This document shows, in pieces, positions 49,775-58,056 of a stretch of 58,056 nucleotides of DNA. How positions within the stretch are numbered: position 1 is the stretch's first letter; each line of letters starts with the position of its first letter. The position numbers were made by a program, and so were the translations under genes. Source of the DNA: Desulfonatronovibrionaceae bacterium (GTDB lineage: Bacteria; Desulfobacterota; Desulfovibrionia; Desulfovibrionales; Desulfonatronovibrionaceae); the NCBI GenBank assembly GCA_046539845.1, contig JBKHGE010000009.1:1-58056 (forward strand), given 5' to 3'. Under the pieces are notes generated by a model, which did not search any database, was not told the DNA's origin, and was given only the letters and a program-made list of their open reading frames with translations.

Positions 49775-50466
49775 TGCTGAATCGCAAGATATCTTATTTG
49801 GTTACCATTGTTTTGCTCACCCTGTCTTCGACGGCTTTGCTTGGCGGCTACGCCCGGCCCAAAGATAATGTTTTGCTCCAGCCGCGGCAGGCGGTTTACG
49901 AGAATCAGCCGCCGGATGTAAGCTCAGAAGTTCAAAAACAACTCACGGTGGTCCGCGTAGACTATTTTGACGAGCGCGGCGTGTCCCGTACCGGTCAGAT
50001 TGTGGTGCACAAGGACCTCGCAGACGACGTCAGATTGGTTTTTGAGCTTATTCATGCCGTGAAATTCCCGGTTGCCAGCGTGTTGCCCATAGCCCATCCG
50101 GAGATTCAGAAAAAGGGATTGTACGGAATAAGTCCGGATACGAGGAATTCTTCCGGATATGTCTGGCGTCCCGGTGTGGGATCGGGGAAATTGTCCATGC
50201 ACGCCCTGGGAATGGCCGTGGACATAAACCCGCATTTAAACCCCTATATCAAGGGCGATATTGTCCTTCCACCGGACGCTTCATACCATAAAGAAGTCCC
50301 GGGAACGCTTACCTCGGACTGTCCGGTGGTCCTGCTTTTTAAAAAACTGGGCTGGACATGGGGCGGAGACTGGAAGGAAAAGGGCAAGGTCGACTACATG
50401 CATTTTGAAAAAGTCCCGCCCGGCTGGGAAAAGTGGGCGGAAAAAATGAGAACGGGCAGACGCTAG
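49771..50466 (+). CDS. M15-family metallopeptidase
   Basis: SMHALGMAVD (SxHxxGxAxD), WGGDW, DYMHFE; N-terminal signal or anchor. Confidence 0.9.
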   Translation: MMLNRKISYLVTIVLLTLSSTALLGGYARPKDNVLLQPRQAVYENQPPDVSSEVQKQLTVVRVDYFDERGVSRTGQIVVHKDLADDVRLVFELIHAVKFPVASVLPIAHPEIQKKGLYGISPDTRNSSGYVWRPGVGSGKLSMHALGMAVDINPHLNPYIKGDIVLPPDASYHKEVPGTLTSDCPVVLLFKKLGWTWGGDWKEKGKVDYMHFEKVPPGWEKWAEKMRTGRR

Positions 50467-50644
50467 ATTTTCATCCCCTTATCTGGCCGCCTTTAAATCC
50501 CCAGGTGGAGAAAAGCGTAAATTATTTCATGGTCTTAGGTGCGAATAAGTGCGCTTCGATCTTGAATTTTGGGCGACATGCGTAATAAGGAATTTTCAGG
50601 CGGTCGTTTATCCCGGCAATGATTTATAAGAATCTTTCTTCGGG

Positions 50645-50691
50645 AAAAATCCGGTTGCGGTCTCTCGCGAAAATCGCAACCGGATTTTTTT
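50645..50691. terminator. Bidirectional intrinsic terminator
   Basis: AAAAATCCGGTTGCG...CGCAACCGGATTTTTTT between convergent genes. Confidence 0.85.
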
Positions 50692-50701
50692 CACTCCTGA
50701 C

Positions 50702-51820
50702 TCAGCGCAATCCTTCGGTCACGTCCTTGATATTCTGGACCTGTTTTTTATCCAGAGGTATTTTCCTCACCCCGCCTTTTGAAAAATCTATTCTACTCAA
50801 GTCTATTTTCCGGATCTGCCTGTTCCAGGCCGTGTGATAGTACGTGGTCAAATCGGTCGTGTCGTGGGCTACTGTCCATTGCGTGACCGAGGGGAGCGGT
50901 TTTTCCTTGGAGTTCGGTTTTTTCTGGCCTTCACCCAGTTTGGAAGGGGCATTGAAACTGTCCATCACCCGGAAAAATGCTTCCACGGTTTCCAGTCCCC
51001 CGCTGGTTGGATTGGTGATTTCCCGCAGGACCAGGACCCGGACAAACCTCGAGGGGGAGGTGAAATCCCCGGGAAGACCCAGAAGGCCCGATCCGGGAGC
51101 AAGCGGGGTTATCTCCAGGTCCCCCCAGGTCTTTGTTTTGTATGACTCCGCATTCAGGTACCCGTAATTCCTGAGATTCTGCAGGTGCCAGTCAAAGGTG
51201 GGGTTGTTGGTTAGAACCCCGACCGGATTGTCGTAAATCTTGGGCTTGCCGTCCCTGTATTCTATGACCAGGGAGTTTCCGCTGCGATCGGCCACAAAGA
51301 AATGCACCGGAGCTACTTCCCCAATATCCGGGTCCTTCACGGGCACGACCCGGACCTTTTGCATCCCTTTGCGCACTTCATCGATAGTGGCGAAATTGGA
51401 CAAGATATAGTTGACCACATTGGTAGGGGCCAGGCTCTTGTCGGCCAGGTTGGGATCGAATTTTGTGTATTCGGCAAAGCCTTCATGGTAATACGAGCCC
51501 GCGGCGAGTCCCTTTTCATTCATCCCGTCCCCGGTCACTCTGTTACGGAGTAAAAAGCTGAGGAAACCATATTTGGCATCCCAGCTGATTCCGTTATTTC
51601 CTTGCGGAGTTTTGGCCTGAAATGACTTGCCTTGGGGATAGACCGTGGGCTGGGTCTTGAAATCAAAGGATGACCATTCCTGCGTTCTGCCGTACACGAC
51701 CGTTCCGTCCTCGCCCTCTATCACCATCCCGGTGCAGGCGTTAGCGGGAGCGGAAAAAAGGATGAAAGCCATTGCCGTGGTAAAAAAAAGAACCGGGAAG
51801 AAGAAAAGGTCTTTTTGCAT
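50702..51820 (-). CDS. Secreted choloylglycine hydrolase / penicillin V acylase family Ntn hydrolase
   Basis: Signal peptide ending ANA then CT, DGMNEKGL, LTNNP, GLPGDFTSPSRFVR. Confidence 0.9.
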   Translation of the reverse strand: MQKDLFFFPVLFFTTAMAFILFSAPANACTGMVIEGEDGTVVYGRTQEWSSFDFKTQPTVYPQGKSFQAKTPQGNNGISWDAKYGFLSFLLRNRVTGDGMNEKGLAAGSYYHEGFAEYTKFDPNLADKSLAPTNVVNYILSNFATIDEVRKGMQKVRVVPVKDPDIGEVAPVHFFVADRSGNSLVIEYRDGKPKIYDNPVGVLTNNPTFDWHLQNLRNYGYLNAESYKTKTWGDLEITPLAPGSGLLGLPGDFTSPSRFVRVLVLREITNPTSGGLETVEAFFRVMDSFNAPSKLGEGQKKPNSKEKPLPSVTQWTVAHDTTDLTTYYHTAWNRQIRKIDLSRIDFSKGGVRKIPLDKKQVQNIKDVTEGLR

Positions 51821-51989
51821 TACTGCCTCCTTTTGGGCGCGCGAGCGCTCTTTTTGGGGTACGGCTATTTTAAATCGATAGCAGAGGTCCTAATAAAGTC
51901 AATTACTTCTATGTCTGCCGAGCTTATCCCGGGGGTATCTATTTCGGCGCGTCTGCAAAAACATATGTTTTTGCAGACGGTTAAAGTTA

Positions 51990-52157
51990 TTAATTTTTAA
52001 GTAAAATAAGAGCCTTGTAAGGCTCAGTCGGGGCATTTAAGTCCGGATTTCGAGTTTTTTTAAATAGACCGGCCAGGGCCTTGATGCCTTCCTCTTGCTG
52101 TATACCCGGCAGAGTCCGGCCTTCAAACACTAGGTTGAATAATTTTTCGGCGGACAT
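51990..52157 (-). pseudogene. Possible N-terminal gene remnant
   Basis: MSAEKLFNLVFEGRTLPG...LAGLFK looks like a real domain start, then runs into AT-rich sequence. Confidence 0.35.
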
Positions 52158-52468
52158 GACTTTCTTGCACATTGTTTATGATGATATTTTTATATCCTTT
52201 CCGTAAGCTTTCTTGTGCAAGAGTTCAACCCGCAGGGAGCAAATTCTCGAGTCTCGGGCGGAAAAATTCCGTATCAAACGTCGAAGAACCATTTCCCAAA
52301 GAAGGCAGAGCGAAAGCAGATTCAGACTGTAGACCACGGATAAGTGCACTACGGTCTTGAACATTTTTCACGACTTGCCCTTTTCGCTTTTAAAGCGGCC
52401 AAGGTTACAAGGAATTTTGGGCGGTCGGTCAAGGTTTGGCCAAGTATATCGGAGAGGGAGGGACTTTA

Positions 52469-53476
52469 TCAGGCTATTCGCGTATTGCTGAGCAGGGTGA
52501 CGAGTTCTTTGAATGCATCCATGTCAAAGGCGTCCTGCATGTTGTTGCGCATGATCTTGAGCGCGTTAAAGGTGGTTTCCGCCGGGGCGTAAGGACGTTC
52601 CGAAGTGATGGCGTCGTACACGTCGCAGCAGGTCAGGTAGCGGACAGGCAGGGGGATGTTCCTTCCTTCAATACCGGTGGGGTAACCGGACCCGTCGAAT
52701 CTTTCGTGATGGAAGAGAATGGATTTAAAGGTGAGGTGGGAAAGCGGCAGATTGGAGCACTGGCCGATACCGTAGACCGGATGTCTTTTTACCAGTATCC
52801 ATTCTTCCGCATCCAACCGGCCCGGCTTGTTCAGTATCCGGTTGGGTATATTCTGTTTTCCCAGGTCGTGCAGCAAGGCCCCGATCCCCACGTCTATCTT
52901 TTCCTTTTGCGAATAATCGTGATTATGCATAAGGGCCATAGTGTACGTGAATACATGCACGGAATGGGAGTAGGTCTTGTAATCGTGGGAAATCAATTTC
53001 CCGATATTGCTGATTGAATCCCGGTGGCTCAAAAAATCCAGCGTCTCCTGGACTATCTTCTTGACTTTCCCCAAATAACCCTTGGTCACTCCGGAAGGGA
53101 GCCTGTTGTTGAATATTTCCTGAACCAGGCTGTTGGAGTGATTGAGGAATATTTTGCTGCGCTCTTCTATGGGGATACTGGAGTCATTGAGGATGGCCCC
53201 GAAATTTTCATCTACATACCGGTCGTATTCCTCTTTTTGTTCAATGGGGACATAGACGTGCTTGGTCCCGCTTTCATAGAGCTTTTTCTTGAGTTCCTGC
53301 GTAAATCTTTCCCGTTCCCTGGTGTACAGGACATATTGCTCGTTATTATAAAGAAAGACCCGAAAGTCCGAGGCTGTATCAGTTTGCAGGATAAGCGGGG
53401 AAATGGGGAAATAATTTTTCTTGTTCTCAGCGCTGCCTGGCTGCTCGTTTTGGGTTTTTTTTCTGAATCTTGTCAT
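52469..53476 (-). CDS. HD-GYP domain protein (putative cyclic dinucleotide phosphodiesterase)
   Basis: HSVHV, LLHDLGK, HHERFDGSGYP, CDVYDAITSERPY. Confidence 0.93.
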   Translation of the reverse strand: MTRFRKKTQNEQPGSAENKKNYFPISPLILQTDTASDFRVFLYNNEQYVLYTRERERFTQELKKKLYESGTKHVYVPIEQKEEYDRYVDENFGAILNDSSIPIEERSKIFLNHSNSLVQEIFNNRLPSGVTKGYLGKVKKIVQETLDFLSHRDSISNIGKLISHDYKTYSHSVHVFTYTMALMHNHDYSQKEKIDVGIGALLHDLGKQNIPNRILNKPGRLDAEEWILVKRHPVYGIGQCSNLPLSHLTFKSILFHHERFDGSGYPTGIEGRNIPLPVRYLTCCDVYDAITSERPYAPAETTFNALKIMRNNMQDAFDMDAFKELVTLLSNTRIA

Positions 53477-53529
53477 GTATTTTCTGGGGTAAAATCAATT
53501 TGAATGGAGGAGTTCCTGTTCGAGGGAGC

Positions 53530-54099
53530 TTATTTTTCCGAGGAGCATTCGGCTTCTCGGCGGCTCAGGCTCACCTGGTCCTTGCCTTCGGTCTCACGGG
53601 TCAAAACATCTATTTGCTCGTCCCGGCTGGTACTTATTTTTTTGCCGGTGAAATCGGCGTGAATGGGCAGCTCCCTGTGTCCCCGGTCCACGAGCACGGC
53701 CAGGGCGATTTTGGCTGGTCGGCCGAAGTCGAGTATGGCCTCCAGTGCGGCCCGGATGGTCCTGCCGGTGTACAGGACGTCGTCCACAAGGATGACGTGT
53801 CTGTCATTCACATCAAAAGGGATGTTCGTATCTCCGATTCTGGGTGCGGAGGAGAGGTTGGTCCAGTCGTCCCGGTACATGTTTATGTCCAGCTCGCCTA
53901 TTTGCGGCGACCTATATCCCTGCCCGGCAAGCATGTCCCGGAGCCGTCCGGCCAGATCCACACCGCGGCGCTGGATCCCGATAAGGGCCAGATTGTCCTT
54001 GTCCGGGAATTGTTCCTGGATCTCAAAGGCCATTCTTTTAAGGGCCTTGCCGATTTCCTCGGCGTTTAAAAGGGTTTTGGCTGTTTTTGGGGATGACAA
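53530..54099 (-). CDS. pyrR: PyrR regulator / uracil phosphoribosyltransferase
   Basis: GIQRRG, LDINMYRDD, LVDDVLYTGRTIRAA, DRGHRELPI; TTG start with GGAGA SD. Confidence 0.95.
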   Translation of the reverse strand: MSSPKTAKTLLNAEEIGKALKRMAFEIQEQFPDKDNLALIGIQRRGVDLAGRLRDMLAGQGYRSPQIGELDINMYRDDWTNLSSAPRIGDTNIPFDVNDRHVILVDDVLYTGRTIRAALEAILDFGRPAKIALAVLVDRGHRELPIHADFTGKKISTSRDEQIDVLTRETEGKDQVSLSRREAECSSEK

Positions 54100-54226
54100 T
54101 TTAAATCTCCGGGTAAGTTTGGGAAAGATGTAATGTGACTGTCTTTTATCTATAGTCGAAGATAATGACAAGAGCGCGACTGCGTTAATATTCCAGCCGC
54201 ATTTTAAGCCAGTATAGCGACACGAA

Positions 54227-55135
54227 TCAGGCAGGTCGTGTTTCATCCGCTGTTCCAGTTCCTTTGTTGGCCAAAACTTCTATCAATCCGGCGCTTATAA
54301 CCAGTACGGCCCCGAACGCTTCCCTGGCCCCGAAAGGCTCTGCGGCAAAAAGGGCCGCGCTACCGATTCCGACCACCGCCTCTATCTGAAGCAGTATCCC
54401 CAGCCGGCCCGGGTCCACGAACCGCGAGCCCCAGTAAAGCCCCCACATCGCCGGAATAAGGATGCCCACGGCCATGAGTACGATCCAGGGCAAAAGCGCG
54501 ATCAATTTATCCACACCCGGAGGCTGCCCCGAGCCGGTCAAAGGGAGCAAGGAAAAGGCCAGGGCCACGATTGAGCTGAAAAAGAAGAAGGCAAAAACCT
54601 GCTCGAAAACCGATGTCTTGGAGTCCTGCCGTATGCGCATCGCCCCGAAGGTAAACACGATTCCGGACAAAAGAGCGAGCAAGTCTCCGGTATTCATGGA
54701 CAGGGCGAGATCCCAGGTCAGGCCGGTGATAGTAAATAGCCCGGTCAGGCTCAATGCCAATGCCAGACCACGCCACAGAGTGAATCTGCGCCCCATCAGC
54801 CCCACTTCCAGCAAAGTCCCCCAGGCGGGCATGGCGTAGAAGAGGATAAGGGCCCGGACCACATCGGTAAGCAATAGGCTCTGGCAATACATAACTATGC
54901 CTCCGCCTACCAGAAGGGCGGTGCCGTATTGCCTCATGCCGGTGGGTAGTCTGCGCCGCAGGCGAAGGATTGCAAACGGGAGCATAAAGGCCAGAGGAGC
55001 GATGAACTGCAGCAAAACCACCCAGGTCGGAGAAAGGCCGCGGCTTTCGAACGCCCGCAAGGGGACCCAGAACAGGCCCCAGGTGGCCGCGGCCAAGCAG
55101 ACAATTATTTCCGGGTTAGCGGTTTTTTTAGGCAT
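54227..55135 (-). CDS. DMT/EamA-family transporter
   Basis: About 10 hydrophobic segments, TWGLFWVP, two-repeat layout. Confidence 0.88.
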   Translation of the reverse strand: MPKKTANPEIIVCLAAATWGLFWVPLRAFESRGLSPTWVVLLQFIAPLAFMLPFAILRLRRRLPTGMRQYGTALLVGGGIVMYCQSLLLTDVVRALILFYAMPAWGTLLEVGLMGRRFTLWRGLALALSLTGLFTITGLTWDLALSMNTGDLLALLSGIVFTFGAMRIRQDSKTSVFEQVFAFFFFSSIVALAFSLLPLTGSGQPPGVDKLIALLPWIVLMAVGILIPAMWGLYWGSRFVDPGRLGILLQIEAVVGIGSAALFAAEPFGAREAFGAVLVISAGLIEVLANKGTGTADETRPA

Positions 55136-55554
55136 TTAGTATCCGGATAATTACAGGTCTTGAGCTTTTGCAGATGAAGATATGGGCTTTGTCCATCAGT
55201 GAACGTGAAATATGGAGAATGCCCATACCCGGAAAGGCCGGCAAAGGCAAATAACCGTTGATGAGGGGCGATCCCAGAGGGGCTGGCGCGTTTTTAATTC
55301 ATCTTAGCTTGGTTAGTGTTTTAAGGAAACGGGATGTACTGTTTTTTTGAGGGACTTCAGTCCCTTGAAATCAACTTAGATTGAAAGAATCGTACCCACA
55401 AATTCTGCGGAAGACCCATAAAAAATTGGTTGCCTTGACAATCAAATTTCTGGGATACACTTTAGGGCAAATTTGGGGATGTTTTTTTGCATGATGAAAA
55501 TGCTCTTTAGCACCATTTGGTGCGGCTTAATTTTTGCGGGAGATGGGCGAGGAC

Positions 55555-58005
55555 ATGGAAGAAAGACGCTATCGGGTTAAAAATATCATGTGCGCCGCCT
55601 GCGTGTCGCGGGTGGAGAAGGCGGTTTTTGCACTCTCCGGCGTGCACAATGTCTCGGTCAATATGGTGGACGGGACAATGATCGTGAACGCGGATTCGGA
55701 TGTAAATTCTGATGCCATCCGGGAGGCGGTGAAAAAGGCCGGATATGAAATAGAAGAGGACTTCAGCCGGGAAAGGGTTGAGCTGGATGTACGGGGCATG
55801 ACCTGTTCGGCCTGCTCCGCCCGGGTGGAAAAGGCCTTGAACAAAGTCCCGGGCGTATTCAAGGCCGAGGTCAATCTGGCCGCGGAAAAGGCCCGTGTTG
55901 AGTATGACCCGGGCCGGGTGGAACCGCCCAACCTGCTGGATGCGGTGAAAAAGGCCGGGTACGAGGCCGGTATTGTCCAGGGGGAGCGGGAAAAGGACCG
56001 GGAGGATAAAAAAAAGTCTGAACTCTCCCGGATGCGCCGGGAATTGATTGTCTCCCTTAGTTTTGCCCTGCCTTTGCTTGTCGTTTCCATGGGCGAGATG
56101 GTCGGGCTGACTTTGCCGGAAATAATCCGGCCCGAGGCCAATCCTTTGAATTTCGCCCTGCTTCAGCTTGTTTTGACCCTGCCGGTGGTATATTCCGGCC
56201 GCGGTTTTTATCTGCGGGGATTTCCCAATCTTTTTCGTCTGGCCCCGAATATGGATTCGCTTATCGCAGTGGGCACCGGGGCGGCCCTTGTCTACAGCCT
56301 GTGGAATACCGGGGAGATTGTCCTCGGTATTTCCCCGGTGCAGAAAGCGGCTGATCTGTACTATGAATCCGCTGCGGTAATCATTGCCCTAGTTTCCCTG
56401 GGCAAGTTTTTGGAAAAGCGGGCCGGGGAAAGATCCTCGCAGGCAATACGGAATCTTATGCAGCTTCGGCCGGATACTGCGGTCAAGATCGAAAACGGCC
56501 GGGAGATCGAGGTCCGCCTGGACGCGGTGGTGGAAGGGGATTTGCTTATGGTCCGCCCCGGCGGGCGAATTCCGGTGGACGGCGTGGTGATAGAGGGCGT
56601 CTCTGCAGTGGACGAGTCCATGCTTACCGGGGAGAGCCTTCCCAAGACCAGACGGGCCGGAGACAAGGTTTTCGGCGGCACCCTGAACACCAACGGTACC
56701 CTTAAAATAGAAGCGGAAAAGGTGGGGGGTAAGACCGCCCTGGCCCGTATAGTCCGGCTTATTGAACAGGCCCAGGGATCCAAGGCGCCCATTGCCAATC
56801 TGGCGGACCGGGTCAGCCTGTATTTTGTACCCGTGGTTATGGGTGTGGCTGTTGTCTCCGGCATGGCCTGGTTTTTGGGCGGGGCGGGCATGTCCTTTTC
56901 CCTGCGCATTTTCGTGGCCGTTATGGTCATTGCCTGTCCCTGCGCGCTTGGTCTGGCCACGCCCATTGCCATCATGGTTGCCACCGGCCGGGGGGCGCAG
57001 CTGGGTATTTTGATCAAGGGCGGGGAAATTCTGGAAAAGTCCAGGGAAGTAAAAACCGTGATTTTTGACAAAACCGGTACTCTGACCCGGGGAAAGCCGG
57101 AGCTGGTGGATATTGAGACCGCGCCCGGACTGGACCGGGACCGGGTGCTTTCCCTCCTTTGGGGCATTGAGGGTATGTCCGAGCATCCCCTGGCCGAGGC
57201 CGTGGTCCAGGGGTTAAGGGAGCGCGGTGCGGACTATGTGCCGGTGGGGGATTTTCGCGCCCTGCCCGGAAAAGGGCTGCAGGGCCGGACCGAGGAGGGA
57301 TGGTTACTCGCCGGGAACCTGGAACTCATGCAGGAAAACAAAGTCGAGATCCCGGAGGAGCAAAAAGACCTTGCCCTGGACTGGCAGAAAAAGGGGCGCA
57401 CGGTCATGTTCATGGCTGTTGCCGGTAGGCTGGCCTGTATTTTCAGTGTGGCCGATCCCCTGAAAGATAACGCCCCGGATGTGGTCCGGGAACTGAGGAG
57501 TCGGGGGATAAGAGTGGGCATGCTTACCGGAGACAACCGGACTACTGCGGAAGCGGTCGCTTCCCGGGCCGGCATTGATTTTGTCCGCTCCGGTGTCCTT
57601 CCCGAGCACAAGGCGGATGCAGTGGTTGAATTGCAAAAAGGGGGAGACAGTGTGGCCATGGTCGGGGACGGGATAAATGACGCCCCCGCCCTGGCAGCGG
57701 CTGATATCGGAATCGCCATGGGCACGGGCATTGATGTGGCCATAGAGGCCGGGGATATTGTCCTTATGCACGGCAACCTGTCCGGGGTGCCTACCGCCCT
57801 GGATCTTAGCCGGGTCACGGTGCGCAACATCAAGCAGAATCTGTTCTGGGCCTTTATCTATAATTCCCTGGGTATTCCGGTGGCCGCCGGGTTGCTCAAG
57901 TTGTTCGGGGGACCGACGCTGAATCCGATGATAGCCGGCGGAGCCATGGCCATGAGTTCGGTATCCGTGGTCTTAAACGCTTTGCGGTTAAGGCGATATC
58001 GTTAG
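55555..58005 (+). CDS. copA: Cu(I)-translocating P1B-1 ATPase
   Basis: Two HMA domains (MCAAC, GMTCSAC), TGES, CPC, DKTGT, YN, MAMSS. Confidence 0.95.
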   Translation: MEERRYRVKNIMCAACVSRVEKAVFALSGVHNVSVNMVDGTMIVNADSDVNSDAIREAVKKAGYEIEEDFSRERVELDVRGMTCSACSARVEKALNKVPGVFKAEVNLAAEKARVEYDPGRVEPPNLLDAVKKAGYEAGIVQGEREKDREDKKKSELSRMRRELIVSLSFALPLLVVSMGEMVGLTLPEIIRPEANPLNFALLQLVLTLPVVYSGRGFYLRGFPNLFRLAPNMDSLIAVGTGAALVYSLWNTGEIVLGISPVQKAADLYYESAAVIIALVSLGKFLEKRAGERSSQAIRNLMQLRPDTAVKIENGREIEVRLDAVVEGDLLMVRPGGRIPVDGVVIEGVSAVDESMLTGESLPKTRRAGDKVFGGTLNTNGTLKIEAEKVGGKTALARIVRLIEQAQGSKAPIANLADRVSLYFVPVVMGVAVVSGMAWFLGGAGMSFSLRIFVAVMVIACPCALGLATPIAIMVATGRGAQLGILIKGGEILEKSREVKTVIFDKTGTLTRGKPELVDIETAPGLDRDRVLSLLWGIEGMSEHPLAEAVVQGLRERGADYVPVGDFRALPGKGLQGRTEEGWLLAGNLELMQENKVEIPEEQKDLALDWQKKGRTVMFMAVAGRLACIFSVADPLKDNAPDVVRELRSRGIRVGMLTGDNRTTAEAVASRAGIDFVRSGVLPEHKADAVVELQKGGDSVAMVGDGINDAPALAAADIGIAMGTGIDVAIEAGDIVLMHGNLSGVPTALDLSRVTVRNIKQNLFWAFIYNSLGIPVAAGLLKLFGGPTLNPMIAGGAMAMSSVSVVLNALRLRRYR

Positions 58006-58056
58006 GGATTCCTACCTAATGTTAAAGGGCAAGAAAACGCACGAGCCTCTCGTTAA

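Noticed and set aside
52354..52374. Imperfect palindrome GTCTTGAA-CATTT-TTCACGAC resembling a Rex box
   Set aside because: Spacer is 5 nt rather than 4, one half-site is degenerate, and there is no clear target gene.
1..58056. CRISPR arrays, tRNA/rRNA, IS elements, integrases, defence systems
   Set aside because: No spaced repeats, cloverleafs, transposase or integrase motifs, or defence-gene signatures were seen.

Overview
This window is mostly core chromosome of a moderately GC-rich deltaproteobacterium. Gene order (cheW-mfd-surA-rodZ-recO-glyQS-rpsT; rpoH-HD-TPR-lipoprotein-rpiB-tkt-glpX; tlpA-acetyltransferase-hpt-zinc ribbon-radA) points to Desulfovibrionales, which is an inference. There are about 50 protein genes covering repair (mfd, recO, uvrB, radA, HhH-GPD glycosylase, class II photolyase), envelope, central metabolism and two copper-type P1B ATPases. 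I found no rRNA, tRNA, CRISPR array, transposase or prophage, and no large novel multi-gene system. The best signals are small and absent from the ORF track: (1) a complete Trp attenuator with a WWW leader peptide, apparently leaderless, in front of a stand-alone trpB; (2) a ~200-bp foreign-looking fragment of an amino-acid ABC ATPase, cut at Walker A and wedged between the prmA promoter and prmA; (3) a lipoprotein gene split by one in-frame amber codon; (4) three promoter-linked structured non-coding elements at ~18.6-18.7 kb, ~33.65-33.74 kb and ~45.59-45.67 kb; (5) a perfect sigma-28 promoter driving a 71-aa protein. All calls come from motif recognition by eye; no searches were run.
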